Assembly: GCF_009914755.1 (NCBI RefSeq)
Contig: NC_060925.1
Source: the human T2T-CHM13v2.0 reference genome, Homo sapiens
DNA: 64,000 nt
Strand: one strand, 5' to 3'
Shown here: positions 29,568 to 46,021 of the stretch, piece by piece
Position numbering within the stretch: the stretch's first letter is position 1
Layout of the letters: every line of letters starts with the position of its first letter
The notes under the pieces: model-generated
What the model was told of the DNA's origin: nothing
The model's database searches: none
Seen by the model: the letters and a program-made list of their open reading frames with translations, nothing else
Position numbers and translations under genes: made by a program

Positions 29568-31223
29568 CTAAACATAAAGAAATACAAAGTGTTAGCACAT
29601 CTAGTTGGTACTTCCCCCGAAAATACAAAAAAATTTCTTCTGCAGTGAGTTCAATTTTCAGATTTTTTTCTTCCTTATACTGAAAAAGTCCCACAAATTT
29701 CCCCAATATATACATTTATATTTATCAGTAGAATTACAAGGATAAACTAGCCTCTACCTATAAGAATACATATTTATTTCTAGATATTGCAGTGAATATA
29801 TGTACTTCACTGTACGTTCAAATTTCACATGGTAGCACCTACATTTTGTACCACTGTAGCCTTTTAAAGGCGTCAAAACACTGAAGTCATCACTTTTTAA
29901 ATATAATTACTGGGTGTTCAACTCATATAAATCATTCAATTAAAAAACATTTAATTAGCAACTGCTATATAGCACCAGATAGACATCTCTCTGGGACCTT
30001 TCTAAGAATCATGCAACTTAGAAAGGTCAGTTGAGCTTAAACGGTCACAAAGTCTTTAAGAAATCTGCTTTTTAGCTACTTTTATTATGGGTGGTTTGAA
30101 CATTTTCCTGTATTAGAGTTATTGCAAGTACAATACAATGATGAATGCCTTCTCTAGCACCTAGATAACATTACTTATTGATAAGGAAAACATTTTATTA
30201 GATCAAAGAAGATGATAAAATAAGAAGATAGAGGGAGAGAAGCCTACTACATAGTTTCTTCAGGTGGAGCCTGAAAGCGAGCAGTCCTTAACCTGATCTC
30301 TTCATCTGGATTTAGGAAGATACCCTGATCTCCATAAAATACTTAAGAACCACCCTAGTCTCATCAATACCAAAAGTAGGTTACTCTGCATATGATTTAT
30401 CTCACCTGTTTAATGATGACTCTACCAGATTTAATCACATAAGGTAACATTCCCTGACCTTGATTTAATGGGGAAAGACGGATGGTAGGGTGTAGGAATG
30501 GAATAACACCTTTACACTCCATGACACAGCCCTCTGTGGTGTACTACCCAGTCATTCATCATCAATGTAGCATACTAACTCCATTAGTCTTGGCTTCACA
30601 TTGTCTCTCAATAAGATAGGTAAGGTAGGAGTTTCTGCTATGGTTTTGAAAATAATAATCTGAAGTTACTTTAAGTATTTATTCTATAATCTGATGACCA
30701 AAAAATCTACAATGGCATTTTACCCAATCCTACAGAAACTTAAAATCCTGAGGCTCCAGACTATATAATCGAAATCTCTGATTTTAAAATCCAAGTTTAG
30801 TACTCACAAAATTTTACTAAAGTTATTTTCACTGTAAATAGGAAAACACTTTTAATAAGGAGAAAGAAATTCCTAAACCAATACTCACTTGGAATGGAGA
30901 CTTTTTTGAAACCTAACAGAAAACAATGCCACTAAATATGTTTTCATTTTAAAATTCCCTTCATGATTTCTCCTTATTTCTTAATGTCCTCTTTCCAAAT
31001 GAACCTTTTGTCCTCTTTTTGAATGGTTTTTTTTTTTTTTTTGAGATGGAGTCTCGCTCTTTTTGCGAGTGCAATGGCACGATCTCAGCTCACTGCAAGC
31101 TCCGCCTCCTGGGTTTTCAAGCGATTCTCCTGCCTCAGCCTCCCGAGCCCAGCTCAAATCACTAAATTGCTTAGATTAGAGGCGCCCACCACCACGCCAG
31201 GCTAATTTTTGTATTTTTAGTAG

Positions 31224-31388
<165 letters not shown>

Positions 31389-32559
31389 TAAAATTGATCA
31401 GGATTAGCAGTAAGGAGTGTTATTCTGTCAAATTAAATGAATTCAGCCTACATGTGGCTTTAAAAAAAAAGGTGAAATAATAAAGTAATTAAATTTTAAA
31501 AAGAAGAGAAGAGTTATTAAACCTTGCAACCTAGTCCCGTTGAACACAATTATGGCTCTGAAGCAGACCTTCCCATTGAATGGGTGAAGAAACCTAGTGA
31601 GAGCTCATTAAAAGCTGATGTAAACTCAATACCCAGCCTCTGGTGTTCAGTGAGGACAGCACTCATAGATGATGGGTTCTTTCTTTCTTTTTCTTTTTCT
31701 TTTCTTTTCTTTTTTCTCTCCTCTCTCCCCTCTCTCTTCTCTCTCATCCAGACTGGGTCTCTGTTGCCCAGGCTGGAGTACAGTGGCACAACCATAGCTC
31801 ACTGTAACCTCAAATATCCTGGGCTCAAGTAATTCTTCCACCTCAGCCTCCCAAGTAGCTAGGACTACAAGCACATGCCACCATACCCAGCTAATTTTTA
31901 TTTTTTTTGTTGAGACAGGGTCTTGCTATGTTATCCAGGCTGGGAGAACATTTTAAACAAAGGGAGACAGAGGTCTAAAAATAGATAATGCATAGGAGAA
32001 TGGTGAGGTAAATGCTATGGCCAAGGCACAGGGCGTGTGGAGGAATGAGTTGGGTTTTTGAAGTTGATTAGATTAAATCATGGAGTCTTTTTCTTTTTTG
32101 AGATAAGCTCTTGCTCTGTCACCCAGACTGGAGTGTAATGGCACAATCACAGCTCACTGCAGCCTCGACCTCCCGGGCTTGAGCAATCTTCCCCGACTCA
32201 GCCTCCTGAGTAGCTAGGACCACAGACACACACCACCACCCCTGGCTAATTTTTTTAATTTTTGTAGAGATAGGGTCTCACTTTGTTGCCCAGGCTAGTG
32301 CCAAACTCCTGGGCTCAAGCAATCCTCTCCTGCCTTGGGTTCCCAAAGTGTTGGTATAACAGGTGTGAGCCACAGCATGCCCCAGTGAGGGATGGTTCTT
32401 GGTATCCAACTATCACAAGAGTCAGTACCCTCTTTGTTTACTTTGTTTTTATAAAATTTATCCATATCTGATTTTGACTGGGGTATTAAGCCTTTTTATA
32501 TATTGACTATAAATGGTTTTTAGGTTTTAGGTCCTTCATTTTGCTCTTTGTTTTCTATA

Positions 32560-35130
<2,571 letters not shown>

Positions 35131-35303
35131 GGCCAGCCGCAATAGCTCATGCCTGTAACCCCAGCACTTTGGGAGGCTGAGGCAGGCAGATTGCTTAAGC
35201 CCAGAAATTTGAGACCAGCCGGGGCAACATGGCAAAATCCCATCTCTACAAAAAAGAAAAAAAAAATTAGCCAGGCATGGTGGAACGCACCTATCTACTA
35301 CTA

Positions 35304-35746
<443 letters not shown>

Positions 35747-36340
35747 TCACCACGCAAAAATAAGTATGTGAGGTAATGCATGTTAAATAGCTTGATTTAA
35801 CCATTCAGTGTATACATATATCAAATCATGCTGAACACTATAAAAAATATAGTATACAACTTTTAGTTGTGAAAAAAACATGATTTATTAAATATTTCTC
35901 CCTTCTTCATCAACTCCCTCTTCCTTTTGCTACCTCACAGTCTTTGGAATTCTCAATCTGAAATGTACCCATCCCTCAAAACTCAATTTAAATCCCACTG
36001 GCCACACCAATGCTATGAAATTCCCCTCTCTGAATCCTAAAGCACATATCCTCATTCCCTTTATGCTGTTACTTTTTCTATGTTTGCCTTGTCTTTCCCC
36101 AAAAGCTGTAAGATCCTTAAGGGCAGGAGCCACATATCACTCCCTATCACCTCCAGGACACTCAGCAGAGAACCTTGGATATATTTAGGAAGAATCCGGT
36201 TATACTCAATTGTGTTAGGCCTCAATTTACAAATCAGACATGACAAATAATATATCACACCAAAAAGATCAAGAAACTTCTCCAGGCATTAACTAAGGCT
36301 TAGAAAAACACCTATTCAGCCTTTCAAATTATCCCTTTGA

Positions 36341-36637
<297 letters not shown>

Positions 36638-38733
36638 TAGTCTCGAACTCCTGAGCTCAAGCGATCTGCCTGCCTTGGACTCCCAAAGTATTGGGATTAC
36701 AGGCCTGAGCCACCACGCCTGGCCAACTTCTCACTCTTAAAGGCAAAATAGTGAACAGCAACTTAAAGATCAAAAAAGCTAAGGATGGAATATTCAACAA
36801 GGCATCACATTCAACAACACACCACTGGTCACACACATACTGGCTGAATTCCAGACTCCCTCTCTATGGTAAAAGAGTTCTGCAGGCTCTGATGTTGGCT
36901 GGAAAAAAACTAGACACCTGCTCTTCCCAGCACTGAAATATGGCCAAAAAAAAAAAAAACATAAACACACAGCAAAATCAGCAAACAAAACTAAGTAGCA
37001 TTTAGGCGGGGAGCAGTGGCTCACGCCTGTAATCCCAGCACTCTGGGAGCCCGAGTCGGGTGGATCACTTGAGGTCAAGAGTTTGAGACCAGCCTGGCCA
37101 ACATGGTGAAACTGCATCTCTACTAAAAACACAAAAATTAGCCAGGGTGCGGTGGTCGTGCACCTATAGTCCCAGCTACCCGGAGGCCGAGGCAGGAGAC
37201 TCTCTTGAACCCAGCAGGTGGAGGTTGCAGTCAGCCGAAATCATGCTCCTGGGTGATAGACAGAGGCTGTCTCAAAAAAAAAAAAAAGAAAAAAGAAAAA
37301 CAGCTAAGTAGCATTTAGATGAAACTATGACTCTGAAGTAGGGGGTGCGGCAAGTAGAGAGGAAAGAATGTATCATAATGCCTTAAACAAAACTTTTGAG
37401 TGAGAGAAGACTATAAAACACCCTTTAAGCACTTATTCACTGGACTCCATTTGTGTTTCTAAGAAATAAGATATACAGACTCACTTCAGAAGGTTTTCTC
37501 CTACACTGTATCTGAGACACCATAAATAGAAACATACATTATGTTGCCACTCTATCACAAGACTGAACCTGGACACTTGTAAGGAAAGGAACAACCATAA
37601 AGACAGTTGGCCAAGGACAGGATTGACATTCACCCTGGGGGAGCTCCTCGTAGTAGCTACAAGCCAACCCAAAACAGCTTCTGGGTTTGTGATGCTGGTG
37701 CTGGCTAGTATGCTGCATAAATGTTGTTTGTTTTTGTAGAGAGGGGTCTCACTCTGTTGCCCAGGCTGGTCTCAAACTCCTGGCCTCAAGCAATCCTCCT
37801 GCCTCGTCCTCCCAAAGCACTGGGATTACAGACCTAAGCCACCGCGCCTGACCTACAAAAGTGTTTTCTTCCCAACCACAGCACTGCCTCTCAAGGGGCT
37901 AACACTCTGGCAGAAACTCGTGAAAACCAATTTCACGTCAGAGGAAGCATCCCCAACATTCTGTCCCGGCTCTTTTTCTTAGGTGAAGAAAGGGACAGGG
38001 CGGGGGGCGGAACAATGATATTAAAGACACTGGCAGCATGACAACCAAAATAAACGAAGTTGAAACAGTACGTCCTGCCTTCTTCCTAAAGCCATTTCCT
38101 TCAACAGCGATAGGAGTGCAGACCGTCTGCAAGTCATTAGTACGCTGCTGTCTTCACTGTCACAAGGACCCTGGAAACCACTGAAGAGCAAAATCCCCCT
38201 TTTCGCCCCACAGATACCTTCCAACCCCCTTTCTGTGCTTCCTTCCCTAGAAAAAACCGAAGAGTGACAATCCTCAGCAATCCGCTATTTCGCTTCACTG
38301 ACAAGGGAGGTGGCGGGGGCGGTGGGGGGTGAAAAGTGGAAAAGAACACAGAGGAAGGTGAGAAGACACAGTGGAAGAAGTGTGGGGGGAGGTCATCGTA
38401 GGAAAAAGACCAGGTATAAAAGAATGCAAGAAAATTGAGGGGAGAGTTATCAGAGGGAAACTTGCTAAGAAAAAAAAAAAATTAAGGACACGGGAGGTGA
38501 AGAGGTGAGGTCAGGTGGAGCAGCCCAGGATGAATTAAGAGGTGGGCAGGAGGTACGGGGCCGAGGCCGTGATGCCCAGGGTTTAGGGCCGGCGGCTTAG
38601 AAGTGGGCAGCAGGTATTCGGCAGACCGATGTCCGGGGAGTCAATGATGTGCAGAAAGCTCCAGACCCAGTTCCGGGAAATCGGGGCCAGGAATCTATGA
38701 GGTTCCCAAGTATAGAGAACACAGCGCTCTTAC

Positions 38734-38790
38734 CGGTAGTTTGGGGCTGACCTCGCCCTTGCAAAAGTGGCAGAAAAACCGGTGGGCGGC
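38734..38790 (-). pseudogene. RNF115: RNF115 exon 1 coding remnant (start of the N-terminal zinc finger), ATG lost
   Basis: Translates [19 protein letters not shown], identical to recalled RNF115 residues ~16-34, followed by a phase-0 donor CCG|GTAAGA. Confidence 0.93.
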
Positions 38791-39301
38791 GCCGTGGAGC
38801 AGGGGGCGGCGCTCATCGGGGAGGCCCCGGCCGCACAGGAGCCCACGGAGGGGGCGGGAGGCTCAGGCATGGCGGGCTGCAGGTCCCGAGCCCCGCCCCG
38901 CGGGAAGGCAGCTAAGGCCCCGCGAGAAATCGAGCACAGCGCCGGTGGGCTGGCACTGCTGGGGGACCCAGTACACCCTCCTCAGCCGCTGGCCCGGGTG
39001 CTAAGCCCCTCATTGCCCTCACTGCTCCGAGTGCGGGGCCCGCCAAGCCCACGCCCACCCTGAACTCCGGCTGGTCTGCAAGCGCCGGGCGCAGCCCGGG
39101 TTCCCGCTCGCGCCTCTCCCTCCACACCTCCTTGCAAGCTGAGGGAGCCGGCTCCGGCCTTGGCCAGCCCAGAAAGGGGCTCCCACAGTGCAGCGGTGGG
39201 CTGAAGGGCTCCTCAAGTGCCGCCAAAGTGGGAGCCCAGGCAGAGGAGGCGCCGAGAGCGAGCGAGGGCTGTGAGGACTGCCAGAAAGCTGTCACCTCTC
39301 A
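38788..39301 (-). mobile_element. LTR12C (ERV9), 5' ~510 bp only
   Basis: Starts TGAGAGGTGACAGC... and follows the recalled consensus to ...CTCCACGGCGCC, then stops abruptly. Confidence 0.92.
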
Positions 39302-39511
39302 AAATGACGTAGAGTTTGCAGATAACCTACTCACATCCTCCCGTATGCTATGTAAATAGTTGTTATGTGGTATTGTTTAGGGAATAATGACAAAGAAAAA
39401 AGTCCATATATGTACAGTGCAAACACAATAATAAGTTTTCAAAAAATATTTTGGAGTCAGGCCTGGTTGAATCCATGGATGCAGAACCTACAGATATGGA
39501 GGATCAAATGT
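39302..39511 (+). mobile_element. MER2 (TcMar-Tigger), 3' part
   Basis: ataacctac..catcctcccgtat and a TIR-like end cagatatggaggatcaaatgta; 5' part missing. Confidence 0.7.
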
Positions 39512-40327
39512 AATAAATCTCTCTCTCTTACTATATATATGTGTGTGTGTATAGTGTGTGTGTATTTATATATACTGTGTGTGTGTGTATATGTATGTAT
39601 ATGACTATTGATACAGTGGTAAGGAGTAGGGGAGGGAAGTGTTCCATAATCCTATGATTAGGTCTCAGTCTTGTGGTGGGCCTGTGCCCCTGGGCTGTGA
39701 CCTTCAAAAGTGCTTCTCAAATTTTGTTCCCTCTTAGGTGAGACAGGATGGCTAGAGGTCACTGGAGTTGGGTATTTCCCTTTCCCTACATTGGTTAGAC
39801 TCTGGAAACAGAATTTTCTTTTGAGGGCATGTGTTTGTTAAGTAGAACAGAATGCACCGGGCATATTTTTCAACAGTTACCTCTCCTTCCCCTCCAGAAG
39901 CACTCAAGGAGTTTTCTCTGATTCTCACCCTAAGTCTTCTGGAGACAAAACTCATGAAGGTATGGGAGGCTCCCACTAGTTAGGCCCCCAGGAGTTTTTA
40001 CCTCTCAGGCTAGGCTGCTGTCAGCTCCAGCAATTAGCCAACTCCCTTTGAAGTATGTCTACCCAATGCTGGCTCCAGTGGTGGTTTCTGATCCAGGTAA
40101 GTTGTGATTCTCTGTATTTGCCCATGGCTCCAGGTTTCATAGGGTTGGCATGTCTTAGGACCTCCATTTTCTGTTGCATATAAGTAGTTATTGATGTTCG
40201 GTTTGTTCAGCTTTTTTCTGGTGAGAGTGGGAGTGATGGCTTTTAAGTGCTTTACAAGTCTGGTTGTCATTTCTGATAATCATGTGACAATTTTGATCTC
40301 TTTAAAAAGGTAATATGTTTAATTCAG

Positions 40328-40483
40328 GAATTGCGAAAAGCCTTGCAGCAGCTACAAGAATTGCAGAATAAGAGCCAACAGCTTCGTGCCTGGGAGGCTG
40401 AAAAATACAATCAGATTCGAACCCAGGAACAAAACGTCCAGCACCTAAACCATAGTCTGAGTCACAAGGAGCAGTTGCTTCAG
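40328..40483 (+). pseudogene. PDE4DIP: PDE4DIP-derived exon ELRKALQQLQELQNK...KEQLLQ
   Basis: cag|GAA and CAG|gtgagt; one Glu codon missing relative to the recalled parent. Confidence 0.92.
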
Positions 40484-41377
40484 GTGAGTTTACATGATTT
40501 CAATGAACACTGGGCTCATAGAACTCTGAAATTTGTTTATATAATTTTAAGATATTAATCCACCTGTGCTGAGTCCCTGCTATATGGAAAACATTGAGAG
40601 GTGGGAATCAGGAGGATTTAAAATAAATAGAAAATATAATTTGTGAATTAAGATGCTTACTAACAAGTGTAAGAAACAGTACATATAGCCCTGATTTATG
40701 CAGTCTTTTATGAAGTCTTTTATAAAGACTTAATATTCAGAAAATAGTTATTAAGCACCTCTGTGAGTCAAACACTTTTCTGGGTGTTGGGAAGACAAAA
40801 GATTTGGCTACTGATCTCAGTGTAATAGATGAAGACAAACTGTACAGAAACTTCCAAAGAGTAATTTTGATGATAGAATGAAAGTTTGAGGGGAAGATGG
40901 AGCATTAAGAAGAGACTGATCTGTTCTGCCACCTACTCTAAGCTTCAGTCACATTGAATCCACTACATTTCACTGAATGTACAATTTTTTCATTGTATGC
41001 ATAGTGTGCATATTTTTTTTTCTCTAACATGTCCTCCTCTCCATTCTTCACTTAGGAAATCCTAGTCCTTTAATTAAGACTCACTGCAAATATTACCTCC
41101 TCTGTGAGGTCTTTACTGACACCTGCAGGCAGAGTTAGGCAGTGCATCCTGTGTTCCCCTGGTGGCTAGCGTATGTTGCACAACAGTTAATTCTATGTGT
41201 TGTGTCTGGTGTATGTTGCAGAATACTTTACAATTTATGTCTGTTATCTCTGCTAAACTTGTTACTTTTGAGGAGAGTGATCACATCTTGTTTTTTTATC
41301 CTGAATAACTAACAAATTACTTGGCAATTTAGTTAATATTGGATAAAAGAATAAAAGAAACGATGTTTTGGTCTCAG

Positions 41378-41491
41378 GAATTTCGGGAGCTCCTACAGTA
41401 TCGAGATAACTCAGACAAAACCCTTGAAGCAAATGAAACGTTGCTTGAGAAACTTCGCCAGCGAATACATGATAAAGCTGTTGCTCTGGAG
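41378..41491 (+). pseudogene. PDE4DIP: PDE4DIP-derived exon EFRELLQYRD...DKAVALE
   Basis: cag|GAA and GAG|gtatgt. Confidence 0.92.
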
Positions 41492-41930
41492 GTATGTATC
41501 ATCATTTCGCCCACTATGCTATGGATTATTCTATCTACATAGGTATTATAGAAATTTGTGTTTACTTAAATTTGCTGGTTTTGGATTTGGTTTTCTATTC
41601 TGCCATCGTGTTAAATAACAGCGATCAGGATAGATTATTGAACAGATGGTATGTGAGCACTTGGAAAGTGGTGAGCATTAGAAACCAGAATTTCTCTAAG
41701 AGCAAGGTAGGACAGATTAAATAAGTGGAATGAAGGGTTTTGCAAAGACAGAGATGTACCATTCTCCAGGCTGCGGGGGATGTTGAGCCAGCATGCTCTT
41801 CCCACCAACATAGGGCCTTCCTTCCCTGCTCCTTAGCTCTGTTTGTCAGGGCGGATGTGCTTGGGGTCATCTTCCTGCTGAGCTCTGGCCCCATGAAAAT
41901 AAATCAATCCTCCTGTGTTCCTCTCACCAG

Positions 41931-42120
41931 AGCACTCCCAGGAGATGGAAAGCCTGAGGGAGGCTCTGCTGTCCTCTCGATCCCACCTTCAAGAGCTGGA
42001 AGAGGAGCTGGAGCACCAGAAGGTGGAAAGGCAGCAGCTTTTGGAAGACTTGAGGGAGAAGCAGCAAGAGGTCTTGCATTTCAGGGAGGAACGCCTTTCC
42101 CTCCAGGAAAACGACTCCAG
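41931..42120 (+). pseudogene. PDE4DIP: PDE4DIP-derived exon EHSQEMESLREALL...ENDSR
   Basis: Phase-1 acceptor; CAG|gtaaga. Confidence 0.92.
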
Positions 42121-42809
42121 GTAAGAGGGGACCCATTGACAGAGAAGGTAGCATTCTTCATTCTTACATTCATTCTTACATTATAAGAAGGGATATTGGC
42201 AAGATAATTGGTGTCCTCTTTTGGAAACCTCAATGTTCCCTCTGCCATTCCTGATTTTTGTGTGTCAGTGGGGTGGGGGGAGGGGCGCTTTGAGCAGAAG
42301 AAAGGACTTCTCTGGGAATGCCTTGTCACTCCCAAGTTGAGAGAGTAAAACTCTGTTATAGAAGTCTTCAGTATATCAGAGACATGAAAAAGAAGGGTCC
42401 CCATGCTTCCAATTAGATATAGGACATTAGTCTCACCATCACCTAGGAAGCTTCTATACTGGCTGTGATGCTTGGTCCCAGCATAAGCCCTGTAACTGCT
42501 TGTCAGGATGCAAAGAGCACTGTAGGAGCAGTAAGGAGACTGTGCTGGTGTGTCTGTTCTGCTCTGAACTAATGTAGGTAATGGTGTGTTTTCAAGCAAA
42601 GTTACTTGACCTCCCTCAGCCACCATTTCCACATCTGTGAAATAAAAGTGATGATCTTCCTGACCCCCTGAGTTGACATCTGGGGCTCAGAGGTAACCCT
42701 AACCGTAACCCTTTATGACCCTCTGAGTTGACATCTGGCTCTCAGCCTGTTGCTCTGGTGTGGCTGAGTGGCTCTGCCATCTCAGTGGGCCTTGCCTCTC
42801 CCTGGTCAG

Positions 42810-42934
42810 ACTGCAGCACAAGCTGGTTCTCCTGCAGCAACAGTGTGAAGAGAAACAGCAGCTCTTTGAGTCCCTCCAGTCAGAGTTACAAATCTATGAG
42901 GCACTTTATGGCAATTCCAAGAAGGGGCTGAAAG
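42810..42934 (+). pseudogene. PDE4DIP: PDE4DIP-derived exon LQHKLVLL...KKGLK
   Basis: cag|A and AAG|gtatgt. Confidence 0.92.
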
Positions 42935-43372
42935 GTATGTGTTCTTCTCCCCTCACCCCATGAGCTTTTTGCCCTTGCATAGGATGCTAGTGAGGTCTTT
43001 CCTTTGGGAGTTGTGGAGATCATGGGAAGCTACAGAGTTCTGTCTCAGAAACTCCCACCCGAGCCTGGGGCTCCCAATAAGAACTCTCATACACAAAGCC
43101 CAAGGTGACAGGTTGGTGACACGAACAAGATCCAGCCTGATCATTCCTAATTATTTTAAGAAAATCTAGACATTCCTATCAATGTCTAAATTATAACATT
43201 TTTGAAAGCAAAAGAACTGTCCTAATGATATCATCATTTGAAAAGGCCTTTAATATTGTCGGTGATACATACTGACAACCCATTCAGCCCAATGCAGCAG
43301 GCAGTCCGCTCCCACCCTGACCCTTTCCCTAGTGACATCTGGCGCTCAGCTTATTGCCCTCTCATGTAATTT

Positions 43373-44416
43373 TCATAAATCCTGATTTAGTTTCCTGATT
43401 TTCTAAAGAGAAGGTGAACTGGAATTTGAAGAAATACAGGGGCTTACCAGGCTGAGCGAATAGCTTAAGTACAAAGTCATGGTGAGTGTTGAGTCAGTGG
43501 GGACCAGCCTGCCCACAGGAGAAAATTAAAAGACACGAAAACAAAAAACCCTTATAGAAATACCACTGATAGGACCTAAATTTCAATCCTGGATTTAAAT
43601 ATTAAGGACATTTATTGAAGACTTTGTTGCCTGCTGAAATAATAATCTAATATTTGAGAATTTGATATATTTCTTCATTCTTTAAATGGAGAAGGGTATT
43701 CAAAACATAATGTGAATAAGTCACAGCAGGCTGGGACAGAGGACTGACATCAATGTCATGAAATTTAGCAAAGATAAAAAGCAAAATCCTGAGCTCGATT
43801 AAAAATATCAGTGGTAGAAATATAGGATGAGGGTAGAAATATAGGACAGGCGGCCATTCGTGGACTTGAGAGTATGGGGTTTGGTAGAAACATGATCACA
43901 CAAGTAAGTCACAGGCCAGAGGTTGCTAGAAATGCCAGCTCAAACTGACACTACAGTAGTGTAAGTGTGATGTTCGCCTGTGGAGACCATGGTCTAAAAT
44001 ATTGTTAGATTAAGGGGCACTATCTTTGAAAAGGGCATTGACACACTAGGGAACATAATGAAGACAGGGCGCACAATGGTGTGGACCAGAAATCTCCAAC
44101 TGGTCAAAGAAACTAAAGAAATGTAGGCTTTCAAAAGATCTTGAGGACATGAGAACTGGCTTCGGATATTTGAAGAAGTGTCAGGTGAAAAAGAACTCAT
44201 GTATTTTATGTCCCTCCAGGGGGCTAAACAATGCGTGAAGGGCAGTGGAATTTAGATTGGAATTATCATAAATCCTGATTTAGTTTCCTGATTTTCTAAA
44301 GAGAAGGTGAACTGGAACTTGAAGAAATAGAGGGGGCTCACCAGGCTGGGAGAATAGCTTAAGTACACAGTCATGGTGAGTGTTGGGTCAGTGGGACCAG
44401 CCTGACCACAGGAGAA
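43373..44416. repeat. ~150-bp direct repeat (43373-43523 and 44266-44416) flanking an L3/CR1-like relic
   Basis: tcataaatcctgatttagtttcctgattttctaaagagaagg...cacaggagaa occurs twice. Confidence 0.9.
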
Positions 44417-44929
44417 GCTTGGGGTTGGGGGAGTGAGAAGTCAGGATGGTGGAGTAGAGCCACCAAACCGTGAAAGCTCACAGGTCAGGGTGAAAGTTGA
44501 CATTCTGTAGAGTAGATAATGAAACTAAGTCTATTCTTTTTCAAAGAAGATAAGCATATGATGAAAACAGAACTTTAGGATGCTAAGTCTCAGGGGATGT
44601 CCTGGAATTGGGAGACATTAGAATCTGGGAAACCTATTGGATGGGTCTAGTGATATTCTGGCACATTAAGAGATGACAGTCTAATATTAGGTGCTGTTGG
44701 GAAGATGAAAGGGTATAGATAGATTTTAAAATGTCTCTTAAAAAAATAAGCAAAATTTAGTGAGAACTTGGATTGAGAAAGAGAGAGAGGAACTTCATAA
44801 AACTTCGGGCAAAATTCAAGAGTAGATTATTTACCAAAGTCTCTGAAACGACTTCATCCTGAGCTCCCTTTCCTTTCATGCTTTTCTCCCTGCCTTTTAG
44901 GACTCATTTCAAAGCTACAACCACTAAAG

Positions 44930-45245
44930 CTCCATAATCCCTTATCTGTAATTTCAAAATTCAATACGATCTCCAAACTAAATTTTTCAAATACTCATTT
45001 AGTGACAAAATCTAGATGATCTGACATGAGGATATTCATAAGTCTTTATTTATCTACTTAGGATATTCACATAGCTCATTGCGGAAATAGTTATATGTTT
45101 GATTAAGGATTGTGGTTCACCTGCAACTGGGTACATGTTATATATGATATATGCACCCTGTTGCCTTGCTAAAAACTAAAACAAATTTTACCTTTCGAAA
45201 TACATTTGGCCTTAAGGTTTTCAGATAAGGGATTGTAGCCTTGTA
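44930..45245. mobile_element. TcMar-Tigger-type MITE (MER46C-like)
   Basis: Terminal inverted repeat aatcccttatctg / cagataagggatt. Confidence 0.55.
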
Positions 45246-45309
45246 GAATATTTCTTAGATCTCTTCATCCCCAGTACAAAGAAATAGACTACATGTGGTG
45301 AATGGAGGT

Positions 45310-45474
45310 AAATACATGTACATATATATATTTGTATATATATGTATGTGTATATATGTGTGTATATATGTACATGTATATATGTACATGTATACACCTA
45401 TATATAGTATGTATATACACACACAACATATATATACACACTATATGTAGGTGTATATATATGTACACACACAT

Positions 45475-45535
<61 letters not shown>

Positions 45536-45536
45536 A
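45310..45536. repeat. Compound (TA)/(TG)/(CA)/(GA) microsatellite
   Basis: Seen directly. Confidence 0.95.
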
Positions 45537-46021
45537 ATTGAAAAACTCAGTTATAATCCCTGGTCTAATGTGCCCAACTCGCATTCTCACATGCTACCAA
45601 AAGGCCTCCTCCTTCTCCTCTTTCATTTTTGAGAGTGAAGACTGTGAAATCTCTTTCTCCCTCATCCCCTACCCTTCTCTAGCTCAGTACTGACGTTCTA
45701 CCTTGGAGGATCCTATACTTTAGCCTACAGGACTAAGGTTACTATGGAGATGAAATATGGACTTATCCTTATCTGCCAATCAAATGCTCTATAGGTGCAT
45801 GTGTGTAACTTAAACCGCAAGGAAGTTTCAGACTGGATGTGTGCCAGCTCAGTGCCATCCCCCGGCCACACACAGAAATGGTGACATCTCCATCATAGAT
45901 GGGTTGCATGAGACTCAGATGATAGTGGGGTCCTTGGCAGAAAAGAATGTCACAGAGGAGGGTTCTGACAAGTGCTTGGAAATACTTGGGTCAATGTTAC
46001 CAGACTCCTCTTCTCTCTTAG

